Positions 28,739-37,460 of a stretch of DNA of 64,000 bases are shown piece by piece. Below the pieces are notes generated by a model. The model ran no database searches, was not told the origin of the DNA, and worked only from the letters and a program-made list of their open reading frames with translations. Numbering within the stretch: position 1 is the first letter of the stretch; each line of letters opens with the position of its first letter. Source of the DNA: an uncultured Gemmatimonadota bacterium (GTDB lineage Bacteria; JAAXHH01); the NCBI GenBank assembly GCA_951812955.1, contig OX638340.1:3712001-3776000 (forward strand), given 5' to 3'. The translations under genes were made by a program, and so were the position numbers.

Positions 28739-30016
28739 CTACCGGCGAGTGTACCGCGCCAGGAGACTCGATATCTCCCGGGTCAGTTCGCTCGTCTTGT
28801 CGTCGCCGCACGAAAGCGTGCTTTCCAGCGCGTCCGCCAGGCCGGCGATCTCATCGCAAAAGGCCTTGTGTTCCTGGGCATGTCTTGCCAGGGCCGCGCG
28901 CAGATCAGCGAGGATTTCCACCGTCTTCGCACCGGGATCGACGGGATCCATCGTGGATGACGCTTGTTCTTCGTCTTCCCCTGCTTCCGCGTCATCCTCG
29001 GTTGCTCGTGCTGCCGTGTCTTCCATATCTTCCCCTGCTTCCGCGTCATCCTCGGTTGCTCGTGCAGATGCGTCTACCTCGTCTACCTGCGCCACTGCGT
29101 CATGCTCGTCTACCCCAGCCACCACGTCTTCCTCCGAAGCCCCGGTCTCATCACCCTCCGGGAATGCTTGCCCCTCGTCGGCGTATCCTATTGCGGATTC
29201 CGGGGCGGACACGGATTCCTGTCCTGGCTCGTCCGTCAAATCGGTCCGGTCGCCGGGTGTACCCTGACCTGCCGGTTCGGCGACGCCGCTGAACGAATAC
29301 GTATCAACGGCCTCCCGTGCATATAAGTCTCCGTCGACTTCCTCTGGCGCTTCATCCGCAATATCACCGTTGGTCACTACTCCGGCGGCCTCCACGGTCT
29401 CTGCAGTTTCCGCCTCGTCCCGCACTTCCTCGGCTTCGATTTCCTCTGGCGCTTCATCCGCAATATCACCGTTGGTCACTACTCCGGCGGCCTCCACGGT
29501 CTCTGCAGTTTCCGCCTCGTCCCGCACTTCCTCGGCTTCGATTTCCTCTGGCGCTTCATCCGCAATATCACCGTTGGTCACTACTCCGGCGGCCTCCACG
29601 GTCTCTGCAGTTTCCGCCTCGTCCCGCGTTACGCTGGCTTCGACTTCCCCAGGCGTTTCATCCGCGATATCAGTTCGTGTTTCCACTTCGGCGGCGTCCG
29701 CGGTCTCTGCAGTTTCCGCCTCGTCCCGGCCGTATACGGTTGCCGTCTCGTCGACAGACTCGGTTAAAGGCTCGGTATGGTCCGGCGCCCGGCCGTATTG
29801 CCGGCGCGGCGTACCGTTGGAATCCGGACGCTCCGGCGCCGGTTCGCCGGTCCGGGAATGCATAAACAGATCGATGGACTCCCTGGACACGAAGTATCTG
29901 CCGTCCTCCAGGTAGTACTCCAGCTTTCCTTCTACGCACATTCGCGTCACCTGGTCGGGCAACTGCTTCATCAAGTCCGCAGTTTCCAGCAAGGTCATCC
30001 ACTGCGTTTCCGCCAT
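28739..30016 (-). CDS. highly acidic tandem-repeat protein with N-terminal excisionase/MerR-type HTH domain
   Basis: The N-terminus MTLLETADLMKQLPDQVTRMCVEGKLEYYLEDGRYFVSRESIDLFM has the HTH_17/Xis pattern. The body is ~60% D/E/A/T, with 34-aa repeats (RDEAETAETVEAAGVVTNGDIADEAPEEIEAEEV) x3+ and 19-aa repeats (ATEDDAEAGEDxEDTAAR) x2. A short helical C-terminal segment closes the protein. Confidence 0.75.
   Translation of the reverse strand: MAETQWMTLLETADLMKQLPDQVTRMCVEGKLEYYLEDGRYFVSRESIDLFMHSRTGEPAPERPDSNGTPRRQYGRAPDHTEPLTESVDETATVYGRDEAETAETADAAEVETRTDIADETPGEVEASVTRDEAETAETVEAAGVVTNGDIADEAPEEIEAEEVRDEAETAETVEAAGVVTNGDIADEAPEEIEAEEVRDEAETAETVEAAGVVTNGDIADEAPEEVDGDLYAREAVDTYSFSGVAEPAGQGTPGDRTDLTDEPGQESVSAPESAIGYADEGQAFPEGDETGASEEDVVAGVDEHDAVAQVDEVDASARATEDDAEAGEDMEDTAARATEDDAEAGEDEEQASSTMDPVDPGAKTVEILADLRAALARHAQEHKAFCDEIAGLADALESTLSCGDDKTSELTREISSLLARYTRR
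29341..29646 (-). repeat. three perfect 102-bp in-frame tandem repeats (degenerate copies extend to ~29325 and ~29740)
   Basis: The unit cctctggcgcttcatccgcaatatcaccgttggtcactactccggcggcctccacggtctctgcagtttccgcctcgtcccgcacttcctcggcttcgattt recurs at 29341, 29443 and 29545. Confidence 0.9.
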
Positions 30017-30096
30017 CTTCTCCTCCTGCGCTTATGATCTACTGCCTGTACGCTGGTGTTCCAGCCGCCTTCCGAGTACAGACCATCCGCTCCGGT

Positions 30097-30378
30097 CTAG
30101 AAAACCTCTCCGGCTACCTGCCTGCCGTCGATTCGCAACTGCAATCTAATGCTCAACAACGCTTTTGCAAATACTTCCACGCGGTAGTCGTCGGTCCCGA
30201 TCCGGAGATTCGTGCTCAAAATGCGCGTTTTTCGAAGCGATACGCGTCGGATGCTCCGGTCCCTGCAGACTCCGTCGATGTAAAGCCGGGCGTCCTGGGT
30301 CCAGGTGCTGAATACCCTGATTTCGTGGCCTTTGAATTCCGCCCTGCACTCGACGCCGTCCGGGTCAGACATGTACAT
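30097..30378 (-). CDS. small hypothetical protein (93 aa) translationally coupled to upstream DUF2851 gene
   Basis: ATG at 30378 is adjacent to the DUF2851 TGA, with AGGAGA 4 nt upstream. The protein MYMSDPDGVECRAEFKGHEIRVFSTWTQDARLYIDGVCRDR... shows real-looking, non-Arg-biased composition. Confidence 0.6.
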   Translation of the reverse strand: MYMSDPDGVECRAEFKGHEIRVFSTWTQDARLYIDGVCRDRSIRRVSLRKTRILSTNLRIGTDDYRVEVFAKALLSIRLQLRIDGRQVAGEVF

Positions 30379-31818
30379 TCATCTCCTGATGAAGTGCGCC
30401 GAACCGTTCATTACGCATTGGCCGCAGGCCTTGTTCCGGCAAGTTTCGCGGTCTATCTGCAGCAGGCCCTGCTGAAGGATGGCCCGGTCGATGGAGGCCT
30501 TCTTCTCGGGCGTATCGCTGAACAGCAGGTTCGACATCGATTGGATCACGCTGTTGCTGGCCTGTCTGCCGTATCCGGTGTACATTTCCCTGACAAGCTG
30601 CATCCGGTCCGATTGGCTGTCCCGGTCGGCGATGGCGTAGATGAACGGAAGGATCACGTCGATCATCATGCCGCGCTGGCGGTCGCGGCCGATCAGGGCG
30701 GTACGGGCCGTTCGTGATGTTTCCCCGAACACGGTATGCTTCAGCCAGTAGTCGCCGGGCTGGGGCCTGGTCATTTCCTCGAATTGCCGCGTGATCTGCC
30801 GCAGCAATGCGACAGGCCCCCGTCTGGCGCCGATGTCCATCGGGCCGGCGATCAGCGTGTCCAGACCATCCCGAAGGCCCGCCGCAATAAAGTAACTCAT
30901 GGCAGCGAGCCGGACCGTGGGGAAGTTAAAAGGTCTCAGCCTAAAAAACAACCAGTCATGTTCCTGCATGGGGCGGGTGGGAATGGACCGGCTGAAGGCT
31001 TCCCATCGCGTTTCGATTTCCCTGACGTAAGGATCGTCCGGAATTTCCCCGCAGTATGAAAGACGCTGCGAGGGCAGCAGTCCGGCCGCGCCGAACAGTA
31101 CAGCCTGCAAATCGACGATTCGATGGCCGCCACCCGTGCCGACCAGGGCGCGAATCGTCGTCAGAGGCAGACGGCGGGCAAGTGCCTGGAAGGAATCGGT
31201 GTTTTTACCGTATCCCGCGGCCCGCATGGCGAATTCATATAGCGCCTGTTCCGCCGAGACCCGATCCATCCTGCTTGAAATGGCTGCCGCCTTCTGCCGA
31301 AACCTGTCGGATCCTTTCCGATCAAGCAATGCGTGTACGCGCTCGACCGACAACTGTTTCATCAGGCGCTGGCAGGGATAGCCGCCGGGAGTCGGTATCT
31401 CCAGCCTCCGCCGGTACTGTTTGCGTATGCGGTCCAGGCCATGCCGAAAGTGCTCGGATAAAACCAGCGTGGGGATGTACTGCCCGTTCTGTTTCCGGAC
31501 GACCGGCAGTTTTTCGTCGTGCCACATGACTACGTGCAGTACCACGTCATTGTAATGAGGGTCGCGGGTATGGCCATGTCGTTGCCAGTCGGCGGGTCTT
31601 ACATGGATTTCCACGTCACCGCGAAGCCGTTTGCCGGGTCCGAAGGACAGGACCGCCCTGAGGAAATCGGGCCCGCTGTCCTGGTTCAGTGTACCGGGAT
31701 GATACAGCCTGAGTGACCTACCGTCGGTAAGCCGGAGCCTTCCGGCCTTTGGCAATCCTTCCTGCCATAGATGCCAGATGAGCGCTTCCGCTATGTCCGA
31801 ATCGGCGATTTGAAGCAT
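30379..31818 (-). CDS. DUF2851-family protein
   Basis: The N-terminus ...IWHLWQEGL...LTDGRSLRLYHPGTLNQDSGPDFLRAVLSFG...GDVEIHVRPADWQRHGHTRDPHYNDVVLHVV fits the remembered DUF2851 signature (HPG..N.D.GPDF...EIH...SDW..HGH..D..Y..V.LHVV). Confidence 0.55.
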   Translation of the reverse strand: MLQIADSDIAEALIWHLWQEGLPKAGRLRLTDGRSLRLYHPGTLNQDSGPDFLRAVLSFGPGKRLRGDVEIHVRPADWQRHGHTRDPHYNDVVLHVVMWHDEKLPVVRKQNGQYIPTLVLSEHFRHGLDRIRKQYRRRLEIPTPGGYPCQRLMKQLSVERVHALLDRKGSDRFRQKAAAISSRMDRVSAEQALYEFAMRAAGYGKNTDSFQALARRLPLTTIRALVGTGGGHRIVDLQAVLFGAAGLLPSQRLSYCGEIPDDPYVREIETRWEAFSRSIPTRPMQEHDWLFFRLRPFNFPTVRLAAMSYFIAAGLRDGLDTLIAGPMDIGARRGPVALLRQITRQFEEMTRPQPGDYWLKHTVFGETSRTARTALIGRDRQRGMMIDVILPFIYAIADRDSQSDRMQLVREMYTGYGRQASNSVIQSMSNLLFSDTPEKKASIDRAILQQGLLQIDRETCRNKACGQCVMNGSAHFIRR

Positions 31819-32029
31819 ATTGGTTAATTGACTGTTCGGTCAGACAGGGTCTATGTTCTTATGGTCGGAAGAAGGTCGTCGATCTCGAATGAGCGGGACG
31901 ATACGCGTCCGTCTTGATGTCGTTTGCCGTCGATCAAATGACGCTGGTTTTTTTTTGTGATTGGATTATAATCCGTAGTAAACCGGGAGGTATGCACGTT
32001 CACATGGATTTCACGGATCCGGTGCCCGC

Positions 32030-32746
32030 GTGACCGCATTCTATTCCATCCTGCAGATCGTCAGCGTACTGGTCTTCACCCTGCTGTTCGGACTGACGGC
32101 CATGTTGCTGTCTCCATTCAACCCCTCGGGCCGGCTGGTCCACTGGTTCGCCCGATGGTGGGCGCGCACCCTGCTATGGGTGGGACGCGTGCCGGTCCGC
32201 CTCGATGGGCTGGACAACATCCCCGGGGGACAGCCGTGCGTGCTCGTCTCCAATCATGCGAGCGCGGCGGACATACCCATCCTGTTCGGCTCCCTCCCCA
32301 TACAGTTCAGGATCATCGCCAAGGACTCCCTGTTCCACATTCCGATTCTGGGCTGGTGCATGCGGCTGGCCGGATACATCAGCATCAACCGTACCAATCC
32401 GAAAAAGGCCTTGCGAAGTCTTCGGAAAGCGGCACGGCAGATCCGGGTGGGATATCCCGCCGTGGTCTTCCCTGAAGGCACGAGATCACGGACCGGCGAA
32501 CTGCAGCCTTTCAAAGCCGGCGCTTTTCTGCTCGCCATAGAATCCGGCGTGCCCGTAGTGCCCGTAGGCATATCAGGCAGCTTCGATATCCTCGTTCGCG
32601 GCAGTATGAGAATCAGGCCGGACGCGCAGGTTGCCGTGCGCATTGGTACGCCCATAGAAACCGACGGCTATACGACAAAGGACCGGCGCGGGTTGGCCGA
32701 GCGGGCTCGGGCTGCCGTTGAAGACTGTCTGCGACGGGACGGGTAA
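32030..32746 (+). CDS. plsC: 1-acyl-sn-glycerol-3-phosphate acyltransferase
   Basis: HxxxxD motif VSNHASAADIP and FPEGTRS, with an N-terminal TM. GTG start. Confidence 0.85.
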   Translation: MTAFYSILQIVSVLVFTLLFGLTAMLLSPFNPSGRLVHWFARWWARTLLWVGRVPVRLDGLDNIPGGQPCVLVSNHASAADIPILFGSLPIQFRIIAKDSLFHIPILGWCMRLAGYISINRTNPKKALRSLRKAARQIRVGYPAVVFPEGTRSRTGELQPFKAGAFLLAIESGVPVVPVGISGSFDILVRGSMRIRPDAQVAVRIGTPIETDGYTTKDRRGLAERARAAVEDCLRRDG

Positions 32747-33454
32747 TTGAGCATGGCACGGCCGGCCGAATCGATTTTCGAAGCGGGAACCGCGGTTCTA
32801 TTCGATCTCGACAACACCCTGATCGACCGCGACAAGGCGCGCGACAAGTTCTTCTCGTACCTGCTGACCAGGTATTTTCCGCATCTGACGCCGGAAGAAG
32901 CCGCCTGGGCGGATCGAATGGAAACAATGCGCGCCCTCGACCGGGGAGGCCGGGGCAGCAAGGCCGCGATCCACGATTGTCTATTCGGTGGACGCCCGGT
33001 CATGTCGCCGTGTGCGTTTACTGAACTCATGCGCGGCAAGCTGGCGTCATTCGCTTCCTGGTCGGATGGCGCCGTGTCTTTGTTGAAGTGCCTTCGTGCC
33101 AGGCGCCACCCCATGGCCCTGGTCACTAATGGGTCGAAATCTCAGAGAGCGAAGATCAACGCCGTAGGTGCGTCGGTGTATTTCGACACAGTGCTCATAT
33201 CGGAAGAAGTGGGGATCAACAAGCCGGATACCGCTATTTTCAGGCAGGCTATGTCCCGGCTGAACGCCGCACCCGAACGGTCCGTTTTTGTAGGAGACAG
33301 CCTGGAGTACGACATGGTCGGCGCCAGGAACGCCGGTATGATGACGGTGTATCTCAACCGGAGCGGAGTATCGGATGTGGACGATTCCCTTTGTGACCTG
33401 GTCGTCTCCGACCTGAGGGAGTTGTCGGACCGGGTGATAAACCTTGATTCCTGA
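32747..33454 (+). CDS. HAD-superfamily hydrolase (subfamily IA)
   Basis: Motif I FDLDNTLID, motif II VTNGS and motif IV GDSLEYD. Start at TTG 32747 or ATG 32753. Confidence 0.8.
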   Translation: MSMARPAESIFEAGTAVLFDLDNTLIDRDKARDKFFSYLLTRYFPHLTPEEAAWADRMETMRALDRGGRGSKAAIHDCLFGGRPVMSPCAFTELMRGKLASFASWSDGAVSLLKCLRARRHPMALVTNGSKSQRAKINAVGASVYFDTVLISEEVGINKPDTAIFRQAMSRLNAAPERSVFVGDSLEYDMVGARNAGMMTVYLNRSGVSDVDDSLCDLVVSDLRELSDRVINLDS

Positions 33455-33575
33455 CCGACAGTCTAAGCGGCGGGAATCCGACTGCCGGCATACTGCAGTA
33501 AAGGCGATCGTGTATTGCCGGGTAACTTGCTGATCGAAGGAGATCAGTCATCATAACCCTTGGAGGATCTGTACC

Positions 33576-34125
33576 ATGAAACGACGTCTCATCATGTGGA
33601 TCCCAGTTCTGTTTATCGCCATATTCGCCCTGGGCTGTTCCGAAAGCGTACCTCCAGCCGAGGAGGCGACTCCTGCCACTGACGCAGCCGTGACGGAGGG
33701 CGCGACTTCGGACACGGCGGACGATCTACTGTCTGCACACATGGCCGCCGAAGCCATGCTGACGGCGCACTTCGTGGCAGCCGCGGTAAAGGCGGGCATG
33801 AGCGCCGAAGAGATAAACGGCGCGTTGGCCCTGGTCGCCGACGGATCCGCCATCGGTGAATTCTGGATCAGCGACGAAAACGGCCAGGTGGTCTTTACTA
33901 AATATGCCCGCAGTGGAATTCGCCTTTCCCACCGATCCGGAGGCCGATACGCAGGCGGCGCCCTTCGCCCGTCTGCTGACCGGCGATCAGGTTGTCGTCG
34001 ACCAGGGATTCATGCCACGCGACCTGGACGGTATGGTCTTCAAGTACGTGGGCGCGGCGGGGGTCGACCAGGCGCGCATAGTTCAGGTAGGAGTGGCCGC
34101 GCCGCAGGATAGCGATGCGCCCTGA
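33576..34125 (+). pseudogene. lipoprotein gene interrupted by a +1 frameshift near 33900 (or sequencing error)
   Basis: Frame A runs MKRRLIMWIPVLFIAIFALGCSES...GEFWISDENGQVVFT, then degenerates into Arg/Gly-rich nonsense. Frame B resumes a protein-like NMPAVEFAFPTDPEADTQAAPFARLLTGDQVVVDQGFMPRDLDGMVFKYVGAAGVDQARIVQ...* ending at 34125. The junction is aaa-t-atg. Confidence 0.5.
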
Positions 34126-34170
34126 GCGTGGCAGCCCGCAGGCGTATTCCACGCCGGCCACGTGGACGGG

Positions 34171-35253
34171 TTACCCGTACTTCGCCCTGAGCCGCTCTGC
34201 GGCGATCACCTCGTTGCGCAGTTTCTCATAGGCTTCTTCCATCGGGATGTCCCAGTAAGAGCCGGGCGCGAAGCCACAGTCCGGGTGGATGGCGATACGT
34301 TCCGGCGCGACGACTTCCAGCACCCGCTCGACCCGTTTCACGATTTCCTCCGGCGTGTCGACGCCCGCCTTCTTCGAATGCAGGCACCCGACGCCGATGT
34401 CCATGCGTTCCGGGAGTTCGTCCAGCAGGGCTATATCGTCGTCCGTGGCCTCGCTGAGCTCGAACATAAGCATGTGGACATTCAGGTCCTTTATGCCGGG
34501 CAGGAGCCCGTTGTAGCCGGACTTCACGCCGGATTCGTCCAGCGGGCGCTTGCCGCAGAGATGGAGAGACAGGTGCACGCCGTCCATGCCCTCGATCACC
34601 CGGTTCAGCGTGTCGACGGCGTAAGCGACCTGTTCGGGGTATCCGGGCATGAATGCGCCGTCCCCGTGGATCGAGTCGTACATGCGGCCGATGGTCGTAT
34701 CGTCGAACTGGATGTAACGCACACCTTCATCGCGCAGCAGCAGCACTTCCTGGCGAATGATCGGGATCAGCGCCTCCACGCACGCTTCCATGGTGGGATA
34801 AGCGTCCTTCGATCGGACCGGATCCCAGTTCACGACGCCGATATGGCTCGGGGTGGGCAGCGCGACCCTGACCTCCCGGTCGGTGCACGCCTTCAGGAAT
34901 CGGGCCTCCCGGGCGAAGAGACCCGGGTTGACCGGTTTGATCCGGCCGGTGACCGTGTACCCCACGTAGGCGCCATGGCGGTAGGAGTCCACGTGGACCT
35001 TCTGAAGCTCGAACCCGGTGACCATGTCGGCGATCACGCCGATGTACGACTTCCGCCGCCATTCCCCGTCTGAGATGACGTCGAGGCCAGCCGCTTCCTG
35101 CACGGCCGCTACGTAGGGGATGGCGCGGTCCATCAAACGTTGCAGCTCCTCGTCGGAACCGCCTTCCGCAAGCAAACGATCCACCATGTCGCGAAAGAAA
35201 CCCGGGCGAGGCATGGAGCCCACGACCATGGCGGGAAAGGGTTTTTCAAACAT
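34171..35253 (-). CDS. cobalamin-independent methionine synthase MetE-like (catalytic-domain-only, UroD/MetE family)
   Basis: ~360 aa with MVVGSMPRP...RKSYIGV...HLCG...DCGF, the pattern of MetE C-terminal-domain-like Zn methyltransferases. GGTG RBS 6 nt before the ATG at 35253. Confidence 0.7.
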   Translation of the reverse strand: MFEKPFPAMVVGSMPRPGFFRDMVDRLLAEGGSDEELQRLMDRAIPYVAAVQEAAGLDVISDGEWRRKSYIGVIADMVTGFELQKVHVDSYRHGAYVGYTVTGRIKPVNPGLFAREARFLKACTDREVRVALPTPSHIGVVNWDPVRSKDAYPTMEACVEALIPIIRQEVLLLRDEGVRYIQFDDTTIGRMYDSIHGDGAFMPGYPEQVAYAVDTLNRVIEGMDGVHLSLHLCGKRPLDESGVKSGYNGLLPGIKDLNVHMLMFELSEATDDDIALLDELPERMDIGVGCLHSKKAGVDTPEEIVKRVERVLEVVAPERIAIHPDCGFAPGSYWDIPMEEAYEKLRNEVIAAERLRAKYG

Positions 35254-35307
35254 GTTGCACACCTCGTTTCCTGGTTGGATACCCGATATGTCCGGTCACG
35301 AAACCGG

Positions 35308-35334
35308 TTGATTCACCCCGGGTGCCAATATAAT
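35308..35334 (+). promoter_or_regulatory. putative sigma-70 promoter TTGATT-N15-TATAAT (second TATAAT at 35345)
   Basis: Lies in the divergent intergenic region upstream of the 644-aa ORF. The 15-nt spacer is suboptimal. Confidence 0.3.
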
Positions 35335-35455
35335 GATGTATCGGTATAATGCGCTTCCGGCATATAGTGAGCAAAGGGTTTACATCCCCGGGCGGTAGCT
35401 GCAATCAATCGAACCAGGCCGGCCGGTTTTCCTCCCGGAACGAACGGAGCCATCG

Positions 35456-37390
35456 ATGAAGAACATCACGGCGAGCGTCCATTACGAAATCACGCCGCCC
35501 TGGGCGGTGCTTGAACGCAAGCTCATCGACACGATGGACGAAGCGATCCATCCCTACATCGAGAAATACACCCGCGCGGACGGTTCGCTGGTCTGGGCGG
35601 ACACGTGGTCCGGAAGCCGGGACGGGATGGATGATTTCTACGAGGCGTTCACCAATTTCGCCCAGTTCTACAGCCTGGGAGGCGGCGACCACCTCCTTGA
35701 GGCGGCTGACGGCCACTGGGACGCGATCACCCGGCAGCTGACCGGTTTCGGGCGTATCTACCGGGAGTACGAACGGGGGTACGACCAGTTTCACCAGAGC
35801 GAGAGTTACATCTACTTCTACCATCTCTGCCTCGCCGACCCCGGCAATCCCAAGCTGCGCGACCGCGCCCGGCGTTTCGCCGGCTTCTATCTGAACGAAT
35901 TCCCCGATGCCCCGAATTACGATCCGGTCCATCGTATCATCCGGGCGCCCCACAACGGCAGCGGGGGCCCCGCCTGGGGGATGAGCGAGGACGACAGCCG
36001 GATGACATACAATCCCGGGCAGGGCAGCATGCTGGTCTACGGCCTGCCGCTGAGCGACGTCCCCGGCATTACGCACGTGGGCGATCTCCAGGACCCCGCG
36101 AAGGCACGGATCATGGGCAGGGCCATGGCGGAGCGGTTCCGCGAGGGCGACGTGGGGAACAACCTGAACGTGAACGGGCTCATCATGAACGCCTACCTGA
36201 TGACCGGGGACGACAAGTACCGGGACTGGCTGCTGGAGTATATCGGGGCCTGGCTGGACCGTGCCAGGGAGAACGGCGGACTGATGCCCGACAACGTGGG
36301 GCTGGATGGGCGCGTCGGCGCCCTGCATAACGGGAAATGGTACGGGGGACTCTACGGCTGGACCTGGCCCCACGGGTTCCACAGCCTGGGGTTCGCCGCC
36401 ATCACCGCGGCCAACAACGCCTACCTGTTATCGGGGGACCCGGGCTATTTCGACCTGCCGAGAGGCATGATCGACCGTGTGCTGGAGGAGGGGATCGACG
36501 GCCATTTCGACGAAATGGCGTCCCAGATGAGCCTCCGGGATCACTACATCGGCGTCGACCGCAATCTAGGTCCAGACCGGCGTACGTTTTTCACACCGTA
36601 CCGGTACGGCGACCAGGGCTGGATGGACTACCAGCCCATGCCCGTGACTTATCCCCTGAACGTGTGGAACGTGACGGAGGCCGACGAGGACCGGGCCCGC
36701 ATGGAGTACCTGCACGAGCGAAGCGGCTTTGACTGGTCCGCCGTGGTGCCCTTCAGGGACAAGGGCGATATGCACCACGACGAACCCTGGCTGCTCTACC
36801 TGCGGGGAGAGAACCCGGACTACCCGGAACGGATGCTGGGCGCTGCGCACGCCCAGGTGTGTCACCGGCTGGCGCAGATCCGCGCCGACGATTCGGACCT
36901 TGAATCCGGCCCCCACATTCACCTGTGGCAGGAGGTTCAGCCCGTGACCACCGAGGCCCTCGTGCAGCTCACCATGGGATGTCCCCAGGTCATCTACTAC
37001 GGCGGCATCCCGAACGCGCGCCTATGCTACTACGACGCCGACCGCGAACGTCCCGGCCTGCCGTCCGACACGGCCGCCCTCGTCGACCGGATCGAACCTT
37101 CCCGCGTGGGCGTGCACCTGGTCAATCTGCATCACACGGAAGCGAGACGGGTCGTCGTGCAGGCCGGCGCACTGGCCGAGCACGCCTTCCGGTGCGTTTC
37201 CTACGATAAAACGGACACGCCCTATCCGGGCGCCACCGGCGCCTATGCCGCGCAGCGGGCCGCGGTGCGTACCGAGTCCGCGCAGATAAGCGGCTCCCGC
37301 CTGCTCGTGGTGCTTCCGCCGGCCACAAGAATCCATCTGGACCTGGAGATGTCGCGGCACGTCAACCGGCCGCGATATGCGCCTGCCTGA
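35456..37390 (+). CDS. large cytoplasmic hypothetical protein (644 aa), family not recognised
   Basis: Long ORF with no signal peptide, high-GC third positions and W/Y/G-rich motifs (GGLYGWTWPHGF). Antisense ORFs are Arg-rich artefacts. Confidence 0.7.
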   Translation: MKNITASVHYEITPPWAVLERKLIDTMDEAIHPYIEKYTRADGSLVWADTWSGSRDGMDDFYEAFTNFAQFYSLGGGDHLLEAADGHWDAITRQLTGFGRIYREYERGYDQFHQSESYIYFYHLCLADPGNPKLRDRARRFAGFYLNEFPDAPNYDPVHRIIRAPHNGSGGPAWGMSEDDSRMTYNPGQGSMLVYGLPLSDVPGITHVGDLQDPAKARIMGRAMAERFREGDVGNNLNVNGLIMNAYLMTGDDKYRDWLLEYIGAWLDRARENGGLMPDNVGLDGRVGALHNGKWYGGLYGWTWPHGFHSLGFAAITAANNAYLLSGDPGYFDLPRGMIDRVLEEGIDGHFDEMASQMSLRDHYIGVDRNLGPDRRTFFTPYRYGDQGWMDYQPMPVTYPLNVWNVTEADEDRARMEYLHERSGFDWSAVVPFRDKGDMHHDEPWLLYLRGENPDYPERMLGAAHAQVCHRLAQIRADDSDLESGPHIHLWQEVQPVTTEALVQLTMGCPQVIYYGGIPNARLCYYDADRERPGLPSDTAALVDRIEPSRVGVHLVNLHHTEARRVVVQAGALAEHAFRCVSYDKTDTPYPGATGAYAAQRAAVRTESAQISGSRLLVVLPPATRIHLDLEMSRHVNRPRYAPA

Positions 37391-37460
37391 CCGGCCGTAC
37401 GGGAAGTCTTGTGTTCGATGGTGGGAATCCTTCAGACGGGGGGCGCCCCCGCGCCTACGG

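Noticed and set aside
29317-29915. Two plus-strand ORFs (182 and 181 aa) with repeated RRPPRSLQFPPRPALPRLRFPLALHPQYHRWSLL units
   Set aside because: These are artefacts of reading the 102-bp tandem repeats on the non-coding strand. The minus-strand frame has the HTH N-terminus, an RBS-less but coherent acidic protein, and a proper stop.
31940-31975. T9 run followed by TATAAT read as a terminator
   Set aside because: The upstream stem is only 4 bp (cgtc/gacg) and no plus-strand gene ends nearby. It is more plausibly a UP-element/-10 region of the plsC promoter; this promoter call is low confidence.
35263-35455. SAM or cobalamin riboswitch in the 5' leader of the MetE-like gene (minus strand)
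   Set aside because: The reverse-complemented leader was inspected. There is no B12 box (GCCACUG) and no SAM-I kink-turn/GA motifs, only a short local hairpin.
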